Assembly: GCA_029266475.1 (NCBI GenBank)
Contig: JAQSWU010000002.1
Coordinates: 2,852-66,851 of the forward strand
Direction of reading: 5' to 3'
Length of the DNA stretch: 64,000 nt
Origin: Rickettsiaceae bacterium
GTDB lineage: Bacteria; Pseudomonadota; Alphaproteobacteria; Rickettsiales; Rickettsiaceae
Shown here: piece by piece, positions 17,738 to 26,848 of the stretch
How the letters are laid out: each line of letters opens with the position of its first letter
How positions within the stretch are numbered: position 1 is the first letter of the stretch
Notes under the pieces: generated by a model
Databases searched by the model: none
What the model was told of the DNA's origin: nothing
What the model saw: the letters and a program-made list of their open reading frames with translations, nothing else
Program-made: the position numbers and the translations under genes

Positions 17738-20700
17738 TTGGAATGGATTATATGTATGGGCCCAAGTGAATTTTTACTTCCTCAGGAGATATATAGAGAT
17801 CATCTAGATAGCATTAATGGTATAAAATTTACTCCTAGAGAGATAGACGTAATTTCATGTTTATTACATGGAAAAAGCTTAAAAGGAATTGCTGATTTTT
17901 TATCAACCGTTGCAAGGCCAATAGGAGAAAGGTCTATTGAAACTCATATTCTTAATATCAGGCGTAAGATAGGTGGAAGTGCACGCGAAAGCATTATTAA
18001 CTTTGTTGAGAAGTCGGATAAGTATAGGTTACTAAGGTATTACTATCAAAGCCTATTAATCCATAAAGAGTTTCAAACTATTATAACCGAGGTTTCTCTT
18101 CTAGCAAACTGTCAAGCTTCTTCTTATTTAATTATTTCAGATCCATTAGCCGAGAGCTGTAGGTATATAACATTTTTAAAAGAACATCTTCAACACTTGT
18201 GTACAGAGGTATCTATAAACATTTTAGATAATCTTATTAATTCCTTACATTTAATGGAAGTATCAAACTCTGAAGTAATTATTCTTATCTTTTCACAGAG
18301 AGAATATTTAGAGAGCAAGATGACTCTAGAAGCTTTCATTAGTAAACATATATCGGAAAAGAGTCATATCAAAATACTATTGCTTCTTATTGGAGAGAAA
18401 AAAGAGTTAGAGAATTGCTATAGTTCATCGAATCTACATTATTTCCAAATATCATCCCAGGCAGACTTATACTTTCTTATTTTAGGAATTATAGAAGTAT
18501 TGTTCTCTAATAAGGCTATAAAGGAGATATTGTTTAAGTTTAAAGGAAGGTATAGTCATGTACATGATAATCAAGATATTTCTATTAACCTACCATCTTC
18601 AACTATAAACAATATTGCTTCAAAGGAAAGTACTAAGCCCCTTAACGCTGCTTTCAAAATAGTTAGAGAAAGAAAGCATTCATTATTTTCATTCATCATA
18701 CTCTTGAGTGTCACTGGTTTCCTTATAATTAACAAACATAAAATAAATAATGAATACGAATTCAAAATTAATACTCCTATAAATAAAAGATCTGCTGAAA
18801 AGATATCAAACAAGCCTATAACAAGCTATATGCCTGAGTTATTAGCGGGTCATGAGCAATTTATCGGTAGAGATAAGGAGTTACAACTTTTAACACAAAA
18901 CTTTGTAAAGAATAATATAGCCATAATTACAGGTAGGGCTGGAGTCGGAAAAAGCAGTCTCGCTATTCAGTTCGGCAAACGCCAGAAAGATGATATGATT
19001 GTGCGATTCTTTGATGCAGACTCGATTTCTAAAATCAATGAAAAATACCGGGAGTTAGCTTCTGAGCTTAATATAAATACTAATCAGCAAAATAAAGATT
19101 TCATCATGAAGTTAGTTAATAATAAGCTAGAGAATCTGAATTATAAACTATTATTTATCTTTGATAACGTAGATCGATATGAGGATATCAAGGAGTATGT
19201 TGCAAACTTGCCTAGTAATGTAAAAGTTTTAATAACTACTAGGAAACCAGAACTTATTGCGGATAAAGTAAATATTACTTTAAAAGAGTTTAGCATTAGT
19301 GATGCGGAAAAGTATATTTATCAAGGATTAAAGAGAAGAAACTTAAGCGGTGAGAACATAAAAGCCCTTGTAAAAAATTCAAGTACTTTACCCTATGATT
19401 TAAAGTGCATCGTAGCATATTTACTGGATAACCCTACTATAGACTCTCTGGCAGTAAGCAAAGAAATAGGTAATGAGATACAAGATAGATTATTCGAACA
19501 ATTTGCGTTAAATAACTCAGAGGATGCAAAACTAGGTTGGAAGATATTGCAATACGCTGCTTATCTAGATCCAGATTTTATTGATATTGAAATTTTCAAT
19601 GGGTTGTTCAATTATGATAAAGCATATATATCGAGATCGGTGAATAGACTTGAATCGTTATCACTTATATCTATAACAAACAATAGAAAAGGTCGGTCTG
19701 GTATTAAGATACATAGAAAATTACAAAAAGCGATAAGGCAATCGATGAGACATCATCCAAGTTATAGTATAAACGAAAATTTCATAATAGATAATCTTTT
19801 ACGGATAATAGATAAGCTGTTTGTAGAGGTAGATCATAATCCTGATACAAATTGGCTAATCATCGACAATTTGCAGCCGCAAGTAAAAAAAATTCTAGAA
19901 TGCGTAGAAACCTTCTCTAAATCTAGTATAAAATTGGTAAATCTTTATTATAAACTCAGTAAATATAACTTATTAGTTAGTATTGACTATATTCAAGCTG
20001 TTAAATACGCTGAAAAATCTTTTGATAGTATTCAAGGCAAATACTTTGGCAATAAGCTTCTAATAGCAAATATTATTGAGAACTTAGGAATCACCTATAT
20101 TTATGGAGATTTTCAGAAGATAAATCAAGGATTAAGTTACCTTCAAGAATCACTAAAAATCAAGCGAAACATTCATAAAGGCAACCATAACAACATTGCT
20201 AAAACATTACGAAACATAGCTTATACTTACCTTAAGTTGAGGCAGTTAAGTAAAGGGTTATCCTATTTTAAAGATACCTTAAGTATGCGGCAAGCAATTT
20301 ATAAAGGTGACCATCCTGATGTAGCTGAATCGTTGAACGACTTAGCGTGGGGATATTATGAAATGGCTGATTATCTTCCTGCTGCTGATCTTATAGAGAA
20401 ATCCGTAGGAATGTACCAGAGATTATACCCTGAAGGACATCCTTGCACCATATACGCGTTACACACGTTAGGCGCGCTCTTAATACAAGCAAACGATGTA
20501 AAAAGAAGTTTAGAAGTGCTCGAGCAAGCTTTGAATATTACTCAAAGATTCGGAATGGAGTCGCATTATACTACTTCATATATTTATTACGATTTAGGAA
20601 GGGGATACCTGCAACTAAATGATTATAAAAAAGCTCTGGAGTACAGCGAAAAAGCCTTACAGATCAGATATAGATTATTTAATATTAATAAGCATCCAAA

Positions 20701-20905
20701 TCAAATATCTGAATCACTTGAAGTATTAGGTGATATACATGTAGCTTTAAATAGAAAGAATAAAGCTTTAAAACTCTACGAAGAATCTTTATCTATAAGG
20801 TTACAATTTTTTTCAAAAGAAGAAAAGAACGTAGACCAATTAAGAGCAAAAATTTTAAGATTAAAAAATAATTTCAGCGAAGAGCTATTATATCTTATGC
20901 AATAA
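17738..20905 (+). CDS. STAND-class NTPase: N-terminal LuxR/GerE HTH, central hydrophobic segment, NB-ARC-like P-loop ATPase, C-terminal TPR array
   Basis: HTH: FTPREIDVISCLLHGKSLKGIADFLS...SIETHILNIRRKIG. Hydrophobic segment: LFSFIILLSVTGFLII. ATPase: FIGRDKELQLL, Walker A ITGRAGVGKSS, Walker B LLFIFDNVD. At least 6 TPR units, e.g. NIAKTLRNIAYTYLKLRQLSKGLSYFKDTL and DVAESLNDLAWGYYEMADY. The start is either the TTG at 17738 or the ATG at 17756. Confidence 0.8.
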   Translation: MEWIICMGPSEFLLPQEIYRDHLDSINGIKFTPREIDVISCLLHGKSLKGIADFLSTVARPIGERSIETHILNIRRKIGGSARESIINFVEKSDKYRLLRYYYQSLLIHKEFQTIITEVSLLANCQASSYLIISDPLAESCRYITFLKEHLQHLCTEVSINILDNLINSLHLMEVSNSEVIILIFSQREYLESKMTLEAFISKHISEKSHIKILLLLIGEKKELENCYSSSNLHYFQISSQADLYFLILGIIEVLFSNKAIKEILFKFKGRYSHVHDNQDISINLPSSTINNIASKESTKPLNAAFKIVRERKHSLFSFIILLSVTGFLIINKHKINNEYEFKINTPINKRSAEKISNKPITSYMPELLAGHEQFIGRDKELQLLTQNFVKNNIAIITGRAGVGKSSLAIQFGKRQKDDMIVRFFDADSISKINEKYRELASELNINTNQQNKDFIMKLVNNKLENLNYKLLFIFDNVDRYEDIKEYVANLPSNVKVLITTRKPELIADKVNITLKEFSISDAEKYIYQGLKRRNLSGENIKALVKNSSTLPYDLKCIVAYLLDNPTIDSLAVSKEIGNEIQDRLFEQFALNNSEDAKLGWKILQYAAYLDPDFIDIEIFNGLFNYDKAYISRSVNRLESLSLISITNNRKGRSGIKIHRKLQKAIRQSMRHHPSYSINENFIIDNLLRIIDKLFVEVDHNPDTNWLIIDNLQPQVKKILECVETFSKSSIKLVNLYYKLSKYNLLVSIDYIQAVKYAEKSFDSIQGKYFGNKLLIANIIENLGITYIYGDFQKINQGLSYLQESLKIKRNIHKGNHNNIAKTLRNIAYTYLKLRQLSKGLSYFKDTLSMRQAIYKGDHPDVAESLNDLAWGYYEMADYLPAADLIEKSVGMYQRLYPEGHPCTIYALHTLGALLIQANDVKRSLEVLEQALNITQRFGMESHYTTSYIYYDLGRGYLQLNDYKKALEYSEKALQIRYRLFNINKHPNQISESLEVLGDIHVALNRKNKALKLYEESLSIRLQFFSKEEKNVDQLRAKILRLKNNFSEELLYLMQ

Positions 20906-20983
20906 ATGTAAAAAAAACTTCAATAATATAATAGATCTATAGTATACTGGAATTTAATAAATAAACGTAGAGGGTTATGTCAT

Positions 20984-21874
20984 ATGAAAAATAGCAAAAA
21001 AATGACAAGCAAAAAGTTAAAGGAGTATGGACAGCTATTATTCTTACTAAAATTTGCATTTTCCTTCATTTTATTGTTTCTACTAGCGCTTAGTATTAGT
21101 TGTGTAGCCTTTCCTTATTATATTGTTCTGCAGCTTATGATTGGAGCTTTATACGTTCATATGAAGGAGCTGCAACACGAAGCTTTACACGGCTCTACTC
21201 CCTCGAAATGCTTAGATCGTTTCTTAGGTTTTTTATTGGGGCTTCCTATGCTTGTATCCTATTCAGACTACAGGTATAACCATTTATATCATCACAGATA
21301 TATTGGGACCATAAAGGATTCCGAATATTTTACTTATAATGAGGGAAAGCAAGATTCTTATTGGAAATTCATTTTAGGTTTATTTATGTTTGAACATTAT
21401 ATTAATATTGCTAAAAAATTTATAAATGCTATTTTCCTTAATACAATGAATATTTCATCATTAAGGACTCAGCGAAAAATACGCGAAGAATATATTACAA
21501 TGTTTATAATAATTATTTGGATTTCTGCTCTGAGTATATATTATAAAAGTTTTCTAGCAATTAAAATATGGCTTGCACCATTGTTCTTATTCTGTGCGCC
21601 AATAAATTATTTGATTGAGCTTCCAGAGCATGTATTTTGTGAGAAGAAAGATACTAATATATTTTGCAATACTAGAACTATAAAATCTAACTTTTTTATT
21701 ACTTGGCTTGTGAATGGGAATAATTATCACGTCGAGCATCATTACGCTCCTAATTATCCAATTTCCTTTCTATCTGCTTTACATAGCGAACTAAAACTTA
21801 AATTGATACATTATAATGAATCGTATATTGAGTTTTATAGATACTTCTTTAAGAAAATAAAAAGAGTAGTATAG
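20984..21874 (+). CDS. Membrane fatty-acid desaturase family protein
   Basis: Three His boxes (HEALHGS, HLYHHRY, HVEHHYAPN) and several TM segments. Confidence 0.85.
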   Translation: MKNSKKMTSKKLKEYGQLLFLLKFAFSFILLFLLALSISCVAFPYYIVLQLMIGALYVHMKELQHEALHGSTPSKCLDRFLGFLLGLPMLVSYSDYRYNHLYHHRYIGTIKDSEYFTYNEGKQDSYWKFILGLFMFEHYINIAKKFINAIFLNTMNISSLRTQRKIREEYITMFIIIIWISALSIYYKSFLAIKIWLAPLFLFCAPINYLIELPEHVFCEKKDTNIFCNTRTIKSNFFITWLVNGNNYHVEHHYAPNYPISFLSALHSELKLKLIHYNESYIEFYRYFFKKIKRVV

Positions 21875-22347
21875 TTTAAAAATTTTAGGTTTGTAGTGAA
21901 TGCTTACAATAAAAATGTTTTAACCATATTATTTCCTTTAAATTTTCAAATTTAGTACAAGCGATCCCTTATTAAACATGAAATTGATTCAATTTGCTAC
22001 AGCGTGTAGCTTTTGTTGACCAAAGTATCTTTATATTATTTGAAAATGTTATCAGTAAGTCAATTTTGCACAATTAAATGAGCACTATCTGTGTTCTTCA
22101 TAAAGAGCCTGTGCAACCTCATTCAGCATTGTCTTCCATTTTTCCTTCAAGGCCAACTAAACAAACTTCTGTTGGGGCCTTGCTCATGGCCGTATTACCT
22201 CTATCATCTTTGAACACTACAAACTCTGAAAATTGAGACTTGCTAGAGTCCTTAACGTAATTATCCTAATACTTAGTCGCTGGCGCGAAATTAGGTTTTA
22301 TCAAGGTTTCGAGGTTTTTCTTTTTAATAATTATCACTTAAAGCAAA

Positions 22348-22549
22348 TTTTGCTCTGTTTGCAGTTATTGCACTTTGGGGGGAAGTGATGGATAATAGTA
22401 TGTTCCTGCCCTTTTCAATTATCTTTCCAGCATTGATGGTAAGCTTCTTAAATCCTATATCATATAAGACTGAAAAGTCACCACAAGTCATAATCAAGGA
22501 TAGAGAGCACATTTTATCCTATGTTAAAAGCAACTTTAGTAAAACCTGA
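22348..22549 (+). pseudogene. Chimeric remnant: N-terminal piece of the 4-TM protein gene (copy of 26897-27018) fused in frame to the last 80 nt of the HigA-like gene (copy of 11561-11640)
   Basis: 22470-22549 matches 11561-11640 with 3 mismatches in 80 nt. 22348-22468 aligns with 26897-27018 at roughly 80 percent identity by eye. The joined frame reads FALFAVIALWGEVMDNSMFLPFSIIFPALMVSFLNPISYKT-EKSPQVIIKDREHILSYVKSNFSKT*. Confidence 0.55.
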
Positions 22550-22579
22550 TATTTTATCTCAAAAAATATTGCTAAAACT

Positions 22580-22894
22580 CTAGCCTGATTTCTGACTTAA
22601 TATTTTCTCAACGATTTGAGGGGCTTTTTCTATAATAGCCAATAATATTCTTGCAGCCCTCTCAGGTTTACGGCGTCCCTGCTCCCAATCTTTAACTGAA
22701 CTTAGAGTAAATCCGTACTGCTCTGCAAATTCTTTCTGGTTTAAACCTCTTTTTTTACGTAAAGATTTAATATCAATTGTATCAGGGATATTCACAGTGC
22801 GCGAAGGTAAAGTTGTTTTACCCATAATATGAGACTTTACTTCATTCATTGCAGCTATAAGCTCACTGCCAAGCATAGTATGTTTATCACTCAT
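22580..22894 (-). CDS. higA: HigA-2-type antitoxin (XRE HTH)
   Basis: LRKKRGLNQKEFAEQYGFTLSSVKDWEQGRRKPERAARILL. The gene lies downstream of the toxin gene and overlaps it by 8 nt. Confidence 0.85.
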   Translation of the reverse strand: MSDKHTMLGSELIAAMNEVKSHIMGKTTLPSRTVNIPDTIDIKSLRKKRGLNQKEFAEQYGFTLSSVKDWEQGRRKPERAARILLAIIEKAPQIVEKILSQKSG

Positions 22895-23234
22895 CTTCTT
22901 CCTCCTTCAAAGCTTGTACTAGTTTACTCAGAACCTTCTTATCAGCTGCTGATAAATCTTCTTGCTCTCCTTTTGCATATGCTGTCAGCAGAAATATGGT
23001 TTCTTCGTCTGATAAAAAATAATATATTATTCTTATACCGCCGCTTTTACCTACATTATTACGCTTAGCCCGCGCCTTTCTAATACCACCAGTTCCTTTA
23101 ATTACAGGCCAGGCTAAAGGGTCACTAGCAATTTCATCCTCAGCAGCGGACCTTTCCTGTTTCGCTAGAAGCTTATCAATTTTTTTATTATATATATTGG
23201 TAAATAATAATTTCATAATTAAATGATACGGCAT
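22887..23234 (-). CDS. higB: HigB-2 / RelE-superfamily toxin
   Basis: GTGGIRKARAKRNNVGKSGGIRIIYYFLSDEETIFLLTAYAKGEQEDLS matches the HigB-2 signature (GTGGlRKvR....GKSGG.RviY........i.LL..YaK.e..DLs). The toxin-first gene order fits hig systems. Confidence 0.8.
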   Translation of the reverse strand: MPYHLIMKLLFTNIYNKKIDKLLAKQERSAAEDEIASDPLAWPVIKGTGGIRKARAKRNNVGKSGGIRIIYYFLSDEETIFLLTAYAKGEQEDLSAADKKVLSKLVQALKEEEDE

Positions 23235-23259
23235 TGCCGCAGTTTTGTCAACATTTATT

Positions 23260-25200
23260 TCAAATGTTTTCTTTTACTTTAGGCTTTAACAACCCTTTAT
23301 ATGAAACTGATACACCACTAATATTATAACTTGAAGTTAGTAGTTCATTGTTATTCAAATTGACACTTCCATGCTTTGGTGCATTATCTTCACTCTCTAC
23401 CATTTCTATATTTTTAGGATTTTGGCTCTTTTTGTTTCCTAATCCTACATCTATAGGCACGCTAGAAGGCACAACTTTCTTAAGGTCTTTATAATCCATG
23501 TTAATTTTTGCTATTCGGCATATTGGATCAGGAAGTTTAATAAAACACTCCAAATTAGCTAAGCTTGCTAAGTCTTCTACACTCACTAAAGGCTTCGTAC
23601 GCTCAACCTTTCCAAAAGACACCCCATCTCTCATTTCATGCGCACCATATGAAATATTCTCTGAAGATTCTTGATATTCGACTTTCCCAAACAAAGCTGA
23701 AACCATATTAGCTATATTCTGCTCCTCAGTCCTAAAAATAAACTTTATATTGAACTGACCAAACATAGTAGTTGCTTCATTATAACCGTATATCTCTGTT
23801 AGTTGATTCATAGATTGGAGTCCTGCAAATATGCATCCTCCGTATTTCCTGAACTCTGAAAGAGCCATTGGCAAAGAAGGTAACTTTTTTATCGCTGGAA
23901 GCTCATCCATTATAAGCCAAATCCTTCTTTGATAATCTGAACCAAGCTCCATTAGTGCATTCATAAAAACTTCACTCATTACGCTGAATAATGGTATAAG
24001 CATCTTCCTCTGCTCTGGAGTAGCACTTAAAAATAACCAATTATCAGATTTGTTATTGATAGTATCACGTACCCAAGTACGTAATGTAAAATTATTTTCC
24101 TTTTCTGTTAAGTACTTCATCCATTCAATATATGCTATAGTATTGGTTCTAATAGACATTGCTGTCTTAGCATTATTAGGGTCTAGTAAAGTACCAGAAG
24201 GGGTCCCTTTTAGGATTTGCGATAGGTCTTTTAAATCAGTCAGCGCTATCAAACTATATAAGTCCTTTATTGATTTCTTTTTTCTAACCCCCAGAACTTC
24301 AATACAGTCATTAAATACAATTTTGGAAGAGTTGTTCCACATATCATCAAAGCCATTATTCTTGCTGGTGTAAAGAGTATTAGAAATAATATTTAAATAA
24401 CTTTGGCTTGATACCTCGTTCCACAAATCCCATCCATGTGATCTTGCATCAAATGGATTAAAGATAATATCTCCCTTCTTAGGATCGTAGAATCTTGCAA
24501 TCATGTCTCCTGTTAAGTCAATTACTATGGCTGGCTGCTTTTTAACTATTATTTGCGGCAACAGAGTATTAAATAGATTGCTTTTCCCAGAACCAGTAGT
24601 ACCAGTCACAAGGATATGACTTGTTTCAGAGTCCTTTACTAATGGCATATCTCCTATAACAATATCACTAGCAATGTTCTTTTTCCCTAAGTAGCCAGCA
24701 ACTTCTTTAGCTGTATATATTTTTGTTCCTTTAATAATTTCATGTTCTTTCGTTTTCCTTCCATACCAATACCATATACTGAAAACAGCTATAAAGACGA
24801 TTATGAAAAAACCTAAAGACCATAATAACTCCTCTTTTAGCAAAGCAACTAAATCATTCTTCGCTTTTATAAACTTAAAATTAGCTGCAATAGTTTTAGC
24901 CTTATGTTTATAAGAGTAGTTCCAATCATTATTTAAATAAGCGTTTATAGTAGATGAATGTGGTTCCCTGTTACTAAATAAGCTATTTTTAAAGGAGTCA
25001 GCGAAATTATTATAGAATTCAGCAACAAAGTAGCTATATGTAGCCGCATAATCATATTGCGGTAGTTTGCTATATAATCGAAAGCCATAGAAAAGTACCG
25101 ATAATGTAAAGGAAATTAAGCAACCTACTTTGAATATTTGCTTTAACATCCTATATTGGTGAACAAGAATCTGCCCACCGCGTATCGAGCTTCCTATCAT
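23260..25200 (-). CDS. traD: F-type type IV coupling protein TraD
   Basis: Two N-terminal TM helices, Walker A VTGTTGSGKSN and Walker B IWLIMDELPAI. At 646 aa it is the terminal gene of the tra operon. Confidence 0.9.
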   Translation of the reverse strand: MIGSSIRGGQILVHQYRMLKQIFKVGCLISFTLSVLFYGFRLYSKLPQYDYAATYSYFVAEFYNNFADSFKNSLFSNREPHSSTINAYLNNDWNYSYKHKAKTIAANFKFIKAKNDLVALLKEELLWSLGFFIIVFIAVFSIWYWYGRKTKEHEIIKGTKIYTAKEVAGYLGKKNIASDIVIGDMPLVKDSETSHILVTGTTGSGKSNLFNTLLPQIIVKKQPAIVIDLTGDMIARFYDPKKGDIIFNPFDARSHGWDLWNEVSSQSYLNIISNTLYTSKNNGFDDMWNNSSKIVFNDCIEVLGVRKKKSIKDLYSLIALTDLKDLSQILKGTPSGTLLDPNNAKTAMSIRTNTIAYIEWMKYLTEKENNFTLRTWVRDTINNKSDNWLFLSATPEQRKMLIPLFSVMSEVFMNALMELGSDYQRRIWLIMDELPAIKKLPSLPMALSEFRKYGGCIFAGLQSMNQLTEIYGYNEATTMFGQFNIKFIFRTEEQNIANMVSALFGKVEYQESSENISYGAHEMRDGVSFGKVERTKPLVSVEDLASLANLECFIKLPDPICRIAKINMDYKDLKKVVPSSVPIDVGLGNKKSQNPKNIEMVESEDNAPKHGSVNLNNNELLTSSYNISGVSVSYKGLLKPKVKENI

Positions 25201-26255
25201 CCTTTTTTCTCGTTAACTTGTGCCTGTAAAATCTCTTTATTCAATTCAGCTTCAAGCTCCTCTATTGTTGGAAGGCTAGATTTCAGGTTATCAGGAAGTT
25301 CTTCTAACAACCTATATTCAGAAATACCTATAGGCTTATTAATATCCTTAAGAGCGTATTCTGCAATAATTTTATCTTTTTGTTTGCATAGTATAATGCC
25401 AATAGAAGGATTGTCTGTTTCGTGGCGCAATTGATCATCAATTACAGATAGATAAAAGTTTAACTGTCCTGCATCCCCAGGAGTAAATTTCTTTGCTTTC
25501 AACTCTATAACTACGTATGATCGTAGCTTTAGATGATAGAATAATAAGTCACAATAAAAATCTTCTGTACCTACTTTTAAATGATATTGTCTTCCTACAA
25601 ACGCAAATCCAGCCCCTAGCTCAAGCAAAAATTTCTGAATATGATATGTCAATTCTTTTTCAATTTCTTTTTCATGGGCATCCTCCCCAAGTTGCAGGAA
25701 GTCAAATGAATATGGGTCTTTTAATGCTTCGATAGCTAGATCTGATTGTAAAGGGGGTAGTTTATCTTTAAAATTAGTTATTGCCTTTCCCTGTCTTCTG
25801 TAGAGATTCGACTCCATTTGCATGAGTAGTATACCTCTTGACCACCCATGTTCTAAAGCTTTATGTATATAAAAATTCCTTTCCTCAACTGTCTTAGTGT
25901 GTACTAATATAGTAACTAGATGAAACCAGGGCAATTGGTCAGCAGCCTGCTGACTAATTTCTTCTTTAGTGAAATTCTCTGCCACAAGCTTCATATATTT
26001 TAAGTTTGTTACGCTATATCCTTTTATACCAGGAAACAAATTAGAAAGGTCGTGTGACAATTTATTTATTACTTTTGAACCCCAGCCTTGATTCCTTTGC
26101 CTGTTTAAAATCTCTGATCCAATATGCCAATACAAATGCACTAATTCAATATTAACTGCTCTTGCTGCTTTTAACTGACTTGTTCTTATACGAGTTTTGA
26201 GATCCTCCAAAAAATCTTTATAACCTTCTATATCATCTATCCGCGTAATATCCAT
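25197..26255 (-). CDS. DUF1016 / YhcG-like PD-(D/E)xK nuclease
   Basis: LVHLYWHIGSEIL near the N-terminus. The C-terminal nuclease core is FYCDLLFYHLKLRSYVVIELKAKKF (D ... ELK). The stop overlaps the traD start (ATGA, 25197-25200). Confidence 0.85.
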   Translation of the reverse strand: MDITRIDDIEGYKDFLEDLKTRIRTSQLKAARAVNIELVHLYWHIGSEILNRQRNQGWGSKVINKLSHDLSNLFPGIKGYSVTNLKYMKLVAENFTKEEISQQAADQLPWFHLVTILVHTKTVEERNFYIHKALEHGWSRGILLMQMESNLYRRQGKAITNFKDKLPPLQSDLAIEALKDPYSFDFLQLGEDAHEKEIEKELTYHIQKFLLELGAGFAFVGRQYHLKVGTEDFYCDLLFYHLKLRSYVVIELKAKKFTPGDAGQLNFYLSVIDDQLRHETDNPSIGIILCKQKDKIIAEYALKDINKPIGISEYRLLEELPDNLKSSLPTIEELEAELNKEILQAQVNEKKG

Positions 26256-26290
26256 ATTTTACCTTATATTTTGTACTTCATTATTTATAC

Positions 26291-26848
26291 TTACCAGCTC
26301 TGAACCCAAGTTACTAATATCTTCTTTGCATATGGTTCATGTAATTCCTTAGTCGCTGAATGATAACGTCTCACTGCTTGATTCCATGATCCATATTGAT
26401 TATGTAAAGACCGCAGGAACTTTGCAGCATACTCTATATTTGTTTCAGGACTAAACATTGATTCAATACTATCAAATTCTTTCCCGTGGTACTTCCAATT
26501 AATCTGCATTACTCCTACATCAAAGTTCATACCATTACGTAGTAATATGCGAGTAATCCTTGCTGCTTGTTCTTTTGAACTAGGGTATAAAGCCTTATTA
26601 GTAGAATTTATATTAATAGCCCAAGGATTTAACTTCGATTCAACTTGTGCAATAGTAAATAACAACCCTTCTGGAATATCGTATTTCTTCTCAGCATTGT
26701 ATATTATTTTGGCTAAATTTTGAGCTTCAGGAATTGAGGCATAAGAATTGCCCATATATAGCAAAACACTTAGAAATACTAAGATTTCTTTGAACTTACC
26801 TTTAATCCATGGTATAATAGAATTAGATTTAAGAAAATTTTTCATCAT
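26291..26848 (-). CDS. Lytic transglycosylase (SLT domain; VirB1/Orf169-like)
   Basis: Signal-like KEILVFLSVLLYMGNSYAS, then FTIAQVESKLNPWAIN (catalytic Glu), DVGVMQIN and YAAKFL. I start the gene at the internal Met-Met (26848/26845) instead of the ORF-track start at 27205, whose N-terminal extension looks like an antisense shadow. Confidence 0.8.
   Translation of the reverse strand: MMKNFLKSNSIIPWIKGKFKEILVFLSVLLYMGNSYASIPEAQNLAKIIYNAEKKYDIPEGLLFTIAQVESKLNPWAININSTNKALYPSSKEQAARITRILLRNGMNFDVGVMQINWKYHGKEFDSIESMFSPETNIEYAAKFLRSLHNQYGSWNQAVRRYHSATKELHEPYAKKILVTWVQSW

Noticed and set aside
21875-22330. Non-coding-looking stretch whose minus strand translates to fragments such as FVVFKDDRGNTAMSKAPTEVCLVGLEGK. 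I considered it a gene remnant.
   Set aside because: Multiple stops and frameshifts, and no motif I can assign. The evidence is insufficient to call a pseudogene.
22324-22512. Minus-strand 62-aa ORF.
   Set aside because: It is the antisense shadow of the chimeric plus-strand remnant. It corresponds to the same doubtful frame as the SLT N-terminal extension.
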